A stretch of 44,666 nt of DNA, from sequence record SRR20825019_49, one strand, 5' to 3'. A program made the translations under genes and the position numbers. Below, piece by piece: positions 18,970 to 28,785 of the stretch; the first letter of the stretch is position 1; the number at the start of each line of letters is the position of its first letter. The notes under the pieces were generated by a model. It had not been told where the DNA came from. It saw nothing but the letters and a program-made list of their open reading frames with translations, and did not search any database.

Positions 18970-21900
18970 ATGATAGATACCATTATCCGTCTTTGTCTGA
19001 GTCAGCGCCTGTTAGTGATGCTTTCTGTTATCGGCTTGTTGGGTCTGGGGTGGCAGGCTTTCAAACAAACTCCGATCGATGCATTCCCTGATGTTTCTAC
19101 CACCCAGGTTAAGGTGATTCTGAAAGCGCCGGGGATGACGCCTGAAGAGGTCGAGAGCCGGATTACTGCATTGGTCGAAGTCGAAATGCTGGGGATCCCA
19201 CGTCAACAAATGCTGCGGTCAATAGTGAAATACGGTTTAACTGACATCACCGTGGACTTTGAAGAGGGAACCGATATTTACTGGGCAAGACAGCAGGTTG
19301 CTGAGCGATTGTCTGCAGTTCGAGATGCCTTGCCTGACGATGTCATGGGTGGGCTGGCGCCCATGACCACACCACTGGGCGAAATGTTCATGTTTACCGT
19401 GAACAGCGAAACGCTGAGCCTGATGGAAAAACGTGACTTGCTGGACTGGGTGATTCGACCGGCTTTAAGAAGCGTCGAAGGTGTTGCAGATGTGAATGCG
19501 CTGGGTGGCCGGGTTAAAACCTTTGAAGTGGTGCCTGATCTGGACCACATGGCTGCACTTGATATCTCGCTGTTCGATCTGCAGGCGGCATTGACTGAAA
19601 ACAATCGCAATGATGGATCCGGTCGTATTGATAAAGGTGAAGAGGTTCTGTTGGTCAGAGCTGAAGGCAACCTCTCAACTATCGAAGATATTGAGCAACT
19701 GGTGGTTAAAGCTGATCGTCTTGAACCTGTCACTATCGGTCAGGTTGCGACTGTTCAACTGGGTACATTGACCCGTTACGGCGCGGTCAGTGCCAATGGG
19801 ACTGGTGAGGTTGTTCAGGGCCTGGTGCTGGGTTTACGAGGGGCCAATGCTAAAACCGTTATTTCGGGAATAGAACAGCGTATTAAGGAAATCCAGCCGG
19901 GTCTGCCTGACGACGTCACACTGCAGGTATTTTATAACCGGGGTGAACTGGTCTCTGATGCCATCCATAGTGTCTCCAAGGCCTTATTGGAAGCGGTCGT
20001 TCTGGTTATGGTGTTTCTTCTCCTGTTTCTGGGGGACTTTCGTGCCGCCATCACCGTGGCCTTGGTTCTGCCGCTGGCAGCGATGGTGACATTTATCATG
20101 ATGAGGCAGTTCGGTCTGTCGGCCAATTTGATGAGCTTGGGTGGCCTGACGATAGCGATAGGGATGCTGGTCGACGCCGCTGTCGTGGTGGTTGAGAATG
20201 TGGTGTCACAACTGGCCGATGAAAAACGACGCAAGATGTTGCCACGACTGCATTTAATTTACCGTGCGGTTCGCGATGTTTCCGTTCCGGTCATCTCGGG
20301 GATTGTGATTATCATCATTGTTTTCCTACCGCTACTGACCTTGCAGGGACTAGAAGGCAAGCTGTTTGCGCCTGTCGCATTGACGATTGTTTTCGCCCTG
20401 GCTGGATCATTAATCCTGGCCCTGACTGTCATTCCGGTGCTGGCATCGTTTTTACTGGGACAGGTCAGTCATAAAGAGCCCTGGTTGCCGGCGTTGCTTA
20501 AACGGCTTTATCAGCCGGCACTGGAATGGTCACTGAATCATGCCGGCATCGTTGTTTCTGTCGCGCTGACTCTACTCTTGCTGACGGTGATACTGTTCAA
20601 TCAGGTCGGTAAGACCTTTATGCCAGTGATGGATGAGGGGGATCTGATTGTGCAGCTGGAGAAACTGCCCTCTATTACACTGGATCAGTCCGTAGAAACA
20701 GATCGTCGTGTTCAACAGACTTTACTGCAACAGGTGCCGGATATTCAGGGTATTGTTGCCAGAACCGGGGCGGATGAATTGGGGCTTGATCCGATGGGGC
20801 TCAATGAAACCGATATGTTTATGGTGCTAAAGCCCCGTTCTGAGTGGCAAAGCGATACTAAGGAAGATCTGAAAGATCGCATTCGGACCGTCATGGATGA
20901 ATTTCCGGGGCTTAATTATGGCTTCACTCAACCTATTGAGATGCGGGTATCTGAAATGCTCACTGGCGTCAGAGGGGATCTGGCGATTAAGGTCTTTGGA
21001 GACGAAGGCGACAAACTGAGTCGACTCAGTACTGAAATCAGCGATATTGTGCAAGACATTCCCGGTGCTGAGGATGTCATACTCAGCCAAACCGATGGGG
21101 CGCAGTATTTTCAGCTTGAACTGGATCCTTTAAAAGTCGGACGGCTGGGCCTGACTGTTGAAGCATTATTACCACAACTCAGAATGCTGATAGAAGGCGC
21201 TCAGGTTGGTACCATTTATCAGGCTGCCAGACGCTACCCACTGGTAATCAAAGGCAATCAGAGTGGAAGGAGCAGCACGGAAGCGTTTGCCAATGCCAGA
21301 CTCATAGTCAATGGCGGTCAGGAAATTCGCGTGTCAGACATCGCCACACTGAAACAGGTCGAGGGCCCTGTTTCCATCAAGCGTGAGCTTGGGAAACGGA
21401 TGGCCGTGGTAGTGGTTAATGTGTCTGACCGAGATCTGGTGAGCTTTGTGGAGGAGGCGCAAATGCTGGTTTCAGAACAACTTGACTTGCCCAGTGGCTA
21501 CAGCCTGTCCTGGGGAGGGCAGTTCGAAAACCAACAGCGTGCCTCGAAACGTTTATTACTGGTAGTCCCTGTCGCCATGGTCATGATATTTCTGCTGCTT
21601 TTTTCAACATTTCAATCATTACGCCAAGCTGTGCTGGTGATGACAAATGTGCCTTTTGCCCTGGTCGGTGGTGTCAGCGCATTGTGGCTCACGGGTGAAT
21701 ATTTGTCTGTCCCGGCGTCGGTCGGTTTTATTGCGCTGCTGGGGATTGCTGTGCTTAATGGCGTCGTGATGGTGAGTTTTTTCAACCAATTGCTGGCACA
21801 GGGGCTGGCCATGAAAGAGGTGGTTAGACAAGGGGCAATACGGCGTCTACGTCCGGTCATGATGACCGCGACAATAGCCGCTTTTGGTCTGGTACCATTG

Positions 21901-22038
21901 CTTTTTGCCACTGGTCCCGGTTCAGAAATTCAGCGGCCCCTGGCTATTGTGGTTATCGGTGGCCTGGTTAGCGCCACACTGCTGACTTTGATTCTATTGC
22001 CGGTGTTGTTTGAACGTTATGGCAGGAAAACGCTATGA
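18970..22038 (+). CDS. CusA/CzcA family heavy-metal efflux RND permease
   Basis: PIDAFPDVS, SANLMSLGGL, GMLVDAAVVVVEN, FTQPIEMR, GSEIQRPLA. Confidence 0.95.
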   Translation: MIDTIIRLCLSQRLLVMLSVIGLLGLGWQAFKQTPIDAFPDVSTTQVKVILKAPGMTPEEVESRITALVEVEMLGIPRQQMLRSIVKYGLTDITVDFEEGTDIYWARQQVAERLSAVRDALPDDVMGGLAPMTTPLGEMFMFTVNSETLSLMEKRDLLDWVIRPALRSVEGVADVNALGGRVKTFEVVPDLDHMAALDISLFDLQAALTENNRNDGSGRIDKGEEVLLVRAEGNLSTIEDIEQLVVKADRLEPVTIGQVATVQLGTLTRYGAVSANGTGEVVQGLVLGLRGANAKTVISGIEQRIKEIQPGLPDDVTLQVFYNRGELVSDAIHSVSKALLEAVVLVMVFLLLFLGDFRAAITVALVLPLAAMVTFIMMRQFGLSANLMSLGGLTIAIGMLVDAAVVVVENVVSQLADEKRRKMLPRLHLIYRAVRDVSVPVISGIVIIIIVFLPLLTLQGLEGKLFAPVALTIVFALAGSLILALTVIPVLASFLLGQVSHKEPWLPALLKRLYQPALEWSLNHAGIVVSVALTLLLLTVILFNQVGKTFMPVMDEGDLIVQLEKLPSITLDQSVETDRRVQQTLLQQVPDIQGIVARTGADELGLDPMGLNETDMFMVLKPRSEWQSDTKEDLKDRIRTVMDEFPGLNYGFTQPIEMRVSEMLTGVRGDLAIKVFGDEGDKLSRLSTEISDIVQDIPGAEDVILSQTDGAQYFQLELDPLKVGRLGLTVEALLPQLRMLIEGAQVGTIYQAARRYPLVIKGNQSGRSSTEAFANARLIVNGGQEIRVSDIATLKQVEGPVSIKRELGKRMAVVVVNVSDRDLVSFVEEAQMLVSEQLDLPSGYSLSWGGQFENQQRASKRLLLVVPVAMVMIFLLLFSTFQSLRQAVLVMTNVPFALVGGVSALWLTGEYLSVPASVGFIALLGIAVLNGVVMVSFFNQLLAQGLAMKEVVRQGAIRRLRPVMMTATIAAFGLVPLLFATGPGSEIQRPLAIVVIGGLVSATLLTLILLPVLFERYGRKTL

Positions 22039-22343
22039 AACAGTTGCTTGGCCTTATCATATTGCCAGAATTTGCCGAAACTTTAACAGACTGGTTATTG
22101 ATGCGGGAAGACATCACCGGCTTTACCTCCAGTCTTGTCGCAGGGCATGGTTCACAGCACCCGATGAGCATCAATGAACAGGTTCAGGGTTGGCGAAAGC
22201 AGCATCTATACTGGGTTGAAGTTAAAGCAGATATCAGCTCTCAACTACTTAGGGAACTACAGCAGGATCATCCTGGAGTGGATATTCATTATTGGCTGCT
22301 GCCACTGGCTGCAGAAGGCCACCTTGGAGAACTGGCACAATAA
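22035..22343 (+). CDS. DUF3240 family (PII-like) protein
   Basis: DWLL....GFTS....GHG......EQVQG, IHYWLLP; ATGA overlap with czcA-like gene. Confidence 0.8.
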   Translation: MKQLLGLIILPEFAETLTDWLLMREDITGFTSSLVAGHGSQHPMSINEQVQGWRKQHLYWVEVKADISSQLLRELQQDHPGVDIHYWLLPLAAEGHLGELAQ

Positions 22344-23009
22344 TTACTGCAGCGCCTGCTCCTTCATGCGTCTTTCCAGATCATTCCACAATGACAGTTT
22401 GGAAGCTTCACCGACCCGCTGACCTTCACCACGGGATTTGGCAAGCCACAAACCGGTACCGTTAAAGCTGTAGACCGGGACAAGATCATTCCGGCGACTG
22501 GCCGGTTTAATATCGGTAATCAGGTTGTCCAGTACCAGCGGCACTGATCGTTTGGTTTCGAAGTAGGTCAGCACCATATGCGCCTGATCGATTTCAATCG
22601 CCTTGACGTAAGTGATTCTGAGCTTGTCTTCATCGACACCCAGTTCCTTCAGTGTGAAATATTTGGCTATCGAGTAATCTTCGCAGTCACCGGCACCGAT
22701 GGAGAGCATTTCCAGTGGCGTTGCCCAGTAATCTTTCTTCTGCCACAGGGCAATATCATCAATAAACTGCACATTGGCATTGAAGAATTGATTGACCAGT
22801 TCCAGCTTTTCCTTTTCCGATAAGTCGTGGTTAGCGGGATTTTCTACCAACTCACGCCACCCCTCAACCCGCTTGCGGGCGAACTTGTTGTACTGGCTTT
22901 CAATTCTGGCCAGTACTTCATCGCTGATATTCAGCTTGGCAATGCCAGGCAGCGCAAACAGCAGCGAAGTCAGCAGCAGCGTAATCAGAGCATGACGGTA
23001 AAGTCGCAT
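22344..23009 (-). CDS. lapG: LapG-like periplasmic transglutaminase-like cysteine protease
   Basis: DYWATPLE...GAGDCEDYSIAKY, AHMVL, VLDNL (Cys-His-Asp triad). Confidence 0.9.
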   Translation of the reverse strand: MRLYRHALITLLLTSLLFALPGIAKLNISDEVLARIESQYNKFARKRVEGWRELVENPANHDLSEKEKLELVNQFFNANVQFIDDIALWQKKDYWATPLEMLSIGAGDCEDYSIAKYFTLKELGVDEDKLRITYVKAIEIDQAHMVLTYFETKRSVPLVLDNLITDIKPASRRNDLVPVYSFNGTGLWLAKSRGEGQRVGEASKLSLWNDLERRMKEQALQ

Positions 23010-23029
23010 TCAGTCCCCGGCGGTCAGGT

Positions 23030-24928
23030 TTAGCGGCTGATACCAAACAGACCGGCCTGTTTGACAATGTCAAAGTCATCATCTGCTTCTACTGACTCAG
23101 CGAGCACTTTGATTTCAATCAGGCTGGACACTTCCTGAATCAGTTCCAGGAAGTCCGGTTTGCTGGCATTGCCTCTGATGTTATGCGTGAGGTCGCGGGC
23201 CAGACGGATATAGTCGATATGCAGTTCACGCAGCATGTCGACCGGAATAATGTCGGAAGAATAGCGTTTCAGCAGGACGGTGGCACCCAGCGATTCAACA
23301 AAGGTGCTGAAGCTGTCAAAGGCGGCAATATCCTTTGCTGCGGCGTAAGCGGTGACCGAAAAAGCAAGCAGATGACTGGACAGGCTGCTTTGTTCCAGTC
23401 GGGCCCTGAGCCAGCGCTGGAAGCCCAGCGAAGATATAGAAGCCATTGACAGGTTAATCGTCACCGGGGTGGTGATATTGTCGGCCTCCATTTTCAGGAT
23501 GATCTTGTTGACGATGAGTTTATCCAGATCTTCGGCCAGTCCAAATTCCTGTGCGACCGAGAAGAAGGTCCCGATTGACAGCGGGTTACCACTTTCATCC
23601 CTGACCACAGTGAAGGCTTCCTGCATCACTTTAATAGGGATATCCGTGTTGTAGTTATAGGCTTCTGCAGTGAAGGTGATTTCCGGTGTGTTGTTGTCGA
23701 TGGCATTGACAATCGCTTCGCGCCAGTCTTGTTCGCTCATTGAGCTAATGCTGTCCTGTTTGATGAAGAAAGCATTCTGACCAATATTCCTTGCCTGTTC
23801 ATAGGCTTCGATTAAGGCCGGCATCAGACGATCGAATTCGCTGGTCTTATCGAAATACACGATACCGGTATGCATGATGTCCTCGACGGCATATTGTTGT
23901 CCTAACTCATTGATATCGTGCTTGAGTCGTTCAGCCAAAGCCGTGACCGAATTCACATCAGCCTGCGGACTTATCAGGGCAAATTCAGCGCCGTAAAGGC
24001 GGTAGGCATCAGCGTCACTTGATACGGCTTTTTGCAGCAGGTTGGCAAAAGACTGCAGTAACTTATCCGCTTTCTGATTACCCATTTCTTTACTGATGGC
24101 AGCCAGATCATCAAATTTGAAATACAGCACGTAGCCACTCATCCCAGAGGACAAGGCTCGTTTTACGTCATCATTGAATGTGGCTTGATTCAGCAAGTGA
24201 GTGAGCGGATCCCGCTTGAGGCTGTCACTAAGGGAATCCAGCCGGTTATTCAGACGGGCAATGGTATCGCCGATTTTGCGGGACATGCCGTTCATGGAGT
24301 TGGCAACCTGACGGACTTCAGTCGTCCAGGGCAGTTTGCTGATCGTGGTGAAATTACCGCCGGAGATTTCATTGGCCTGTCTCTGGATGGCTTTTAATGG
24401 TTGCAGGGTCAGACGCAGTACCAGAATCACCAATATAAAAGCGGCGATAAATATCATCAGCGAGTAGAGTAGGGTTTCTTTGGCCTGTTCATAAAGCTTC
24501 AGATAACCATAGGCCGGATTACTGCTGACATAGAGTGTGCCGGAAATATTCCATCCGGAACTGATCTCAGACTGGGCGGTTGCCGTCTTGATAGGCAGCA
24601 ACTCGATCAACCAGTCTGGTACGCCTTCCATCTGTACCGGGTTGGTTAACACTACCAGGTTCTCACCATCGACATTTTCCAGCCGCATTTCCTTGTAATA
24701 GCCCATATCGAAGATGGCACTCATCATCGTCAGCAGAATGGGATCGCTTTCATCATCCATATGCGGACTCAACGACAGACCGAGAGAGGTGGCGGTGTCC
24801 TGTACGTGAACTTCTGATTCCACTTCCAGGTAGTTACGGATATTGCTCATGCTGAGATAAAAGCTGACCGAGAAAACAATCAGGAAAATCAGACTGATCA
24901 GGATCAGGAGTTGCTTGGACAGAGACAT
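23030..24928 (-). CDS. lapD: LapD-like c-di-GMP receptor (periplasmic domain, HAMP, degenerate GGDEF/EAL)
   Basis: MSLSKQL..., TATSLGLSL, AIFDMGYY; GGDEF degenerate (YGAEF); ATG 24928 with GAGG RBS; adjacent to lapG. Confidence 0.88.
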   Translation of the reverse strand: MSLSKQLLILISLIFLIVFSVSFYLSMSNIRNYLEVESEVHVQDTATSLGLSLSPHMDDESDPILLTMMSAIFDMGYYKEMRLENVDGENLVVLTNPVQMEGVPDWLIELLPIKTATAQSEISSGWNISGTLYVSSNPAYGYLKLYEQAKETLLYSLMIFIAAFILVILVLRLTLQPLKAIQRQANEISGGNFTTISKLPWTTEVRQVANSMNGMSRKIGDTIARLNNRLDSLSDSLKRDPLTHLLNQATFNDDVKRALSSGMSGYVLYFKFDDLAAISKEMGNQKADKLLQSFANLLQKAVSSDADAYRLYGAEFALISPQADVNSVTALAERLKHDINELGQQYAVEDIMHTGIVYFDKTSEFDRLMPALIEAYEQARNIGQNAFFIKQDSISSMSEQDWREAIVNAIDNNTPEITFTAEAYNYNTDIPIKVMQEAFTVVRDESGNPLSIGTFFSVAQEFGLAEDLDKLIVNKIILKMEADNITTPVTINLSMASISSLGFQRWLRARLEQSSLSSHLLAFSVTAYAAAKDIAAFDSFSTFVESLGATVLLKRYSSDIIPVDMLRELHIDYIRLARDLTHNIRGNASKPDFLELIQEVSSLIEIKVLAESVEADDDFDIVKQAGLFGISR

Positions 24929-25136
24929 AATGCGTTCCTCGAAACAGGCCAATGCAGAATTAATTCATTATCTGATAAACCATGGCTATCCTTCTGGTCT
25001 ATCTGTAAATAATGACGAAAACTCCCTAAAGATACGCTGCCGACCGGCATCAGGCAAGGTGATTCCGGCGATGGCCCGGCTTTTGTTTTCAGCGAACCAT
25101 TGCTAGGATCAGTTTTTATCTCTGCAAGGCAAAAAC

Positions 25137-26057
25137 ATGTTGTCGACCATGATGCAGATGGGGCTGCTCATTGCCTTTGGCTCACTCTGGCGAATACTGG
25201 CTCCCAAGCACATTCCCGCACTCGCACATCGGCGTGCTTTAACCGATCTGGTCTTTTTCATTCTATTGCCGGCACTGGTGCTGGATGTCATTTGGGGGGC
25301 ACCAATTGACTTCACATCAATGAAAATCTCACTGGTCGCGCTGTCGACACTGGCGGTTTCTGCTGTGCTGATGACGGTGGCGTTACGTTTTTTTGATACC
25401 AGCCGGCCTCAGAAAGGCGCCTTATTGTTGGCTGCCGTATTTCCTAATGCGACCTATCTCGGACTGCCGGTGACAGATCAGGTACTGGGTAAATGGAGCA
25501 ATTCGGTGGTGCTCCAGTTTGACTTGTTCGCCTGCACGCCCGTATTGATGACACTGGGTATTTTGATGGCTAATCATTTCGGTGCTGATGGGCGGGAAGT
25601 TCACCCGTGGAGGGAGTTACGCAAAGTACCGCCTTTGTGGGCTGTCGCGGTGGCGATGTTATTAAACATACTAGAAGTGCCCAGACCGGAATTGGTACAC
25701 AATACGCTGACCACCTTATCGGGTGGGGTCGTACCGCTGATGTTAATAGCCCTGGGCATGAGCATCCGATGGGATACCATGCGACTGCGGTTTCTGCCCA
25801 AGCTGCTGCCCGTCACGGTGATTTCATTACTGATAGCCCCGGTCGTGGCTTATGGGGTCAGTCATGGTTTGGCTCTGCCACAGCATATTTCAACCGCCGT
25901 CGTATTGCTGGCAGCGATGCCGACGATGATTTTTGGCATCGTGATTTGTGAACGCTATGGGCTCGACAGTGCTATTTATGCTGCAGCGGTGTTTCTGACC
26001 ACGGTTATCAGCATTTCAACGCTAACAATCTGGTTTTATTTCCTGCCGCCGGCCTGA
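25137..26057 (+). CDS. AEC family (auxin efflux carrier-like) transporter
   Basis: About 10 TMs; LVFFILLPAL, FPNATYLGLP, PLMLIALG, AAMP. Confidence 0.88.
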   Translation: MLSTMMQMGLLIAFGSLWRILAPKHIPALAHRRALTDLVFFILLPALVLDVIWGAPIDFTSMKISLVALSTLAVSAVLMTVALRFFDTSRPQKGALLLAAVFPNATYLGLPVTDQVLGKWSNSVVLQFDLFACTPVLMTLGILMANHFGADGREVHPWRELRKVPPLWAVAVAMLLNILEVPRPELVHNTLTTLSGGVVPLMLIALGMSIRWDTMRLRFLPKLLPVTVISLLIAPVVAYGVSHGLALPQHISTAVVLLAAMPTMIFGIVICERYGLDSAIYAAAVFLTTVISISTLTIWFYFLPPA

Positions 26058-26788
26058 TCATCCCAGATAAATCCGGCTTTTTCGATTTCAGCAATCATTA
26101 CGGCCATGGCCTGTTCGACCTGTTGTTCATCACCACGCAGACTGAACAGAATATAGGGCTCATCACCCAGATGAGGCAGGCTGGATAACAGCAGATCCGG
26201 ATAATCATCAACAATCTGGTTCATGGTGTCGAGCAGGTCGGATTCGCGGCCTTTGGTAATGCGAATAATGCGTTCGCTGCGCGGACGCAGATCACGCAAG
26301 TCAGGGTATTCATTATCGAGCAGCCATTCCACCATCGGCCAGGCCATTTCCGGAAAGCCGGGCATGAAATGATGATTATCGACACTGAAACCCGCTACCC
26401 GATTGACGGGATTGGGAATCAGTCTGCAGCCTTCAGGTAGATGGCCCATTAGGATACGGTTGGGGTAGGCGGCCTCGCCAAACTTCTCTTCGATTTCTTT
26501 GACTGCTTGCGGATGAGGCACCAGTGGCACCCCTTTAACCAGCGCGGCGGTTTGACGGGTTCTATCATCCGGTGTGGCACCGATACCGCCAAAACTGAAT
26601 ACCAGATCATTACTGGCCATGGAAAATCGCATGGCGCGTTCCAGATCCGCCGCATCATCGCCAACGATCAGGGTCCAGCTGAGCTCCAGGCCGCGGGCCG
26701 CGAGGACTTCCTGCAGATGTGCAAAATGACGATCCTGTCGTTTACCGCAGAGAATTTCATCGCCGATAATCAAAGCCCCGATTTTCAT
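26036..26788 (-). CDS. CinA-N / molybdopterin-binding domain protein
   Basis: IIGDEIL.G..QD, VGDD, GGIGATPDD.T, PGFP. Confidence 0.88.
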   Translation of the reverse strand: MKIGALIIGDEILCGKRQDRHFAHLQEVLAARGLELSWTLIVGDDAADLERAMRFSMASNDLVFSFGGIGATPDDRTRQTAALVKGVPLVPHPQAVKEIEEKFGEAAYPNRILMGHLPEGCRLIPNPVNRVAGFSVDNHHFMPGFPEMAWPMVEWLLDNEYPDLRDLRPRSERIIRITKGRESDLLDTMNQIVDDYPDLLLSSLPHLGDEPYILFSLRGDEQQVEQAMAVMIAEIEKAGFIWDDQAGGRK

Positions 26789-27186
26789 CCGGATGTTTGC
26801 TCCTGTCTGTTACGCATAAAGTCAGCCGTCTGTACAAATGAGGACATTAATTGTTCAGCGAATAGCGGGTCAAGATCCATCGTTTTCAATGCCTGGGCCA
26901 TGCAATAAAGCCACTGGTCGCGTTCTTCAATACCGATAGAGAAAGGCAAATGTCTTGCGCGCAAACGGGGATGACCGAATTTATCGGTAAATAGTGGCGG
27001 ACCGCCCAGCCAACCGCTTAAAAACATAAACAGTTTTTCTTCACTGCTGTTGATATTCTCCGGGTGTAAACCCCGAATTAATTGGGTCTGCGGGGTGTCA
27101 CACATAATGCGATAGAAAGTCTGACACAGTTGTCTGACACCGGCTTCGCCGCCGATGCGCTCATAGGGAGTTGCAATGTCTGCCAT
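26785..27186 (-). CDS. Group II truncated hemoglobin
   Basis: YERIGG..GV..L...FY, FLSGWLGGP, GHPRLRARHLPF.I...ERDQWL; likely ATG at 27186. Confidence 0.92.
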   Translation of the reverse strand: MADIATPYERIGGEAGVRQLCQTFYRIMCDTPQTQLIRGLHPENINSSEEKLFMFLSGWLGGPPLFTDKFGHPRLRARHLPFSIGIEERDQWLYCMAQALKTMDLDPLFAEQLMSSFVQTADFMRNRQEQTSG

Positions 27187-27539
27187 GGGAATGTTTTTGC
27201 TGAAAAGCGCTAGTTTAACTTGCCTTGTCTGACCAATAAAGCAGCATTTTAGTGCCTGCCAAGACAAAATTTGTCAATAATCAATAATGTGTATTGCACA
27301 GACCTACGCTGACGTAGTTATCTATCTGCGTGCGCAGAGCTTCGCTGTAAGCTCTGAAAAATTCCGCCAGGCTCATTTTTTTCACAATCAGGCATGGGTT
27401 TTCCACCCGCCTGCAAGCCGCTGTTTTCAGGTTGATTGCAGCCAGATAGTCTGCCAAACAAGACAGGACGCGGGTTGCGACGAGTCACTCAGAGCGGGAT
27501 AATAAATAAATTTACCATTTCAAACTAAGGAGAAACTTC

Positions 27540-28121
27540 ATGACTGATAAAATTGTAATGCGTACCGGTGAAGCACTGGTCGCGGGTGGCCCGGCTTTCA
27601 CAGCGGCAGAACCGGAAGTAGTGATTGGTGAACTGGACGGTCCATTCGGTACCGCTTTTGCCAATCTGATGGGTGATCAGGTAAAAGGTCACTCACGTGT
27701 TCTGGCACTGATGAACACTGATGTTCAGGTTCGTCCCGCTACTATCATGGTCAGTAAAGTGACTGTGAAGCACACTGACTACACCAATATCCTGATGGGT
27801 ACCGTACAGGGCGCAATCGCCAACGGCGTTCTGGATGCGGTCCGTAATGGCACCATCCCTAAAGATAAAGTCAACGATCTGGGTATCATCGTTTCAGTCT
27901 GGCTGAACCCAAGCATCACCACGGTTGAAGACCTGGATCATGAAGCCTTGTTCAAAATCCACCGTGAAGCGACCCGTATCGCGCTGGAAAAAGCGATGAA
28001 CAACGAACCGGGCATCGACTACCTGCTGGAAAACCAGGACAAACTGGTTCACAAGTATTACCAGAAAGAACTGGATGCCAAAGTCAACGTTGAGAAAACG
28101 GCTAAAGACGAGCATCATTAA
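27540..28121 (+). CDS. fae: Formaldehyde-activating enzyme, divergent (Fae2/Fae3-type) paralog
   Basis: GEALV.GG, GP.GTAFAN, RPAT.MV.KVTVK, G.VQ.AIA.GV.DAV..G.IPK; strong AAGGAG RBS. Confidence 0.9.
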   Translation: MTDKIVMRTGEALVAGGPAFTAAEPEVVIGELDGPFGTAFANLMGDQVKGHSRVLALMNTDVQVRPATIMVSKVTVKHTDYTNILMGTVQGAIANGVLDAVRNGTIPKDKVNDLGIIVSVWLNPSITTVEDLDHEALFKIHREATRIALEKAMNNEPGIDYLLENQDKLVHKYYQKELDAKVNVEKTAKDEHH

Positions 28122-28188
28122 AACAGGAAACTCAGTGACTTAGCTGTGGTCAATGATAAAGAGGATTGATTCACAGCCTCACAAATTT

Positions 28189-28226
28189 AACGGTCTGTCC
28201 GCTACAGTGGATGGACCGTTTTTTTT
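28189..28226 (+). terminator. Rho-independent terminator of fae
   Basis: AACGGTCTGTCCGC-taca-GTGGATGGACCGTT hairpin running into a T8 tract; a second hairpin at 28143-28177 precedes it. Confidence 0.85.
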
Positions 28227-28269
28227 GCCATGTATAATGAGTTGATTAACACAAACCGCACAGGCAGAG

Positions 28270-28770
28270 ATGGAACTGTACTCCATAGATAAATTGATGC
28301 ATGAAACCCGGCAACTGGCTGCAAAATATCGTCAGACTACCGGCAGCACCTTACCCGTAACTGGTGAAATTGCGCGCTTTGATGCGGCCAAAGCGCTTAA
28401 CCTGTCTCTGATCGAGGAACCGGGCAGTCCGATTGATGCACTGGGCCGCGACGGGGAGCGGGAGAAGAAACGGATCATCATTAAAGGTCGCGCTATTTTT
28501 GAAAATACCCGATCCAGTCCCAGAATAGGACAACTCAACCCCGACCAGGACTGGGATTTTGTCGTACTTGTATTATTTGATGAGCAGTACGAAGCGGAAG
28601 AAATTTTTGAGGCCAGCCGCGAAGCGATTGCCGCGGCGATGGAAAACAAAGCAGACAGTGCCCGCAAAAAACGCGGCGCGATGTCGATTGCACAGTTTAA
28701 AATCATTGGAAACCGGGTCTGGACCCGTGAAAACGGACTGGAACAGGAAATCTGGGATAACCAGGATTAA
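28270..28770 (+). CDS. Conserved hypothetical protein, possible PD-(D/E)xK-like fold
   Basis: GEIA, IDA, IIIKGR and WD.VVLVL pattern; compact ORF heading the lemA operon. Confidence 0.6.
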   Translation: MELYSIDKLMHETRQLAAKYRQTTGSTLPVTGEIARFDAAKALNLSLIEEPGSPIDALGRDGEREKKRIIIKGRAIFENTRSSPRIGQLNPDQDWDFVVLVLFDEQYEAEEIFEASREAIAAAMENKADSARKKRGAMSIAQFKIIGNRVWTRENGLEQEIWDNQD

Positions 28771-28785
28771 CAAAAGGGAACTGCT

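Noticed and set aside
25072-25086. TGGCCCG-GCTT-TTGT, a sigma54-like element upstream of the AEC transporter
   Set aside because: -12 reads GT rather than GC and no clear upstream activator sites; too weak to call
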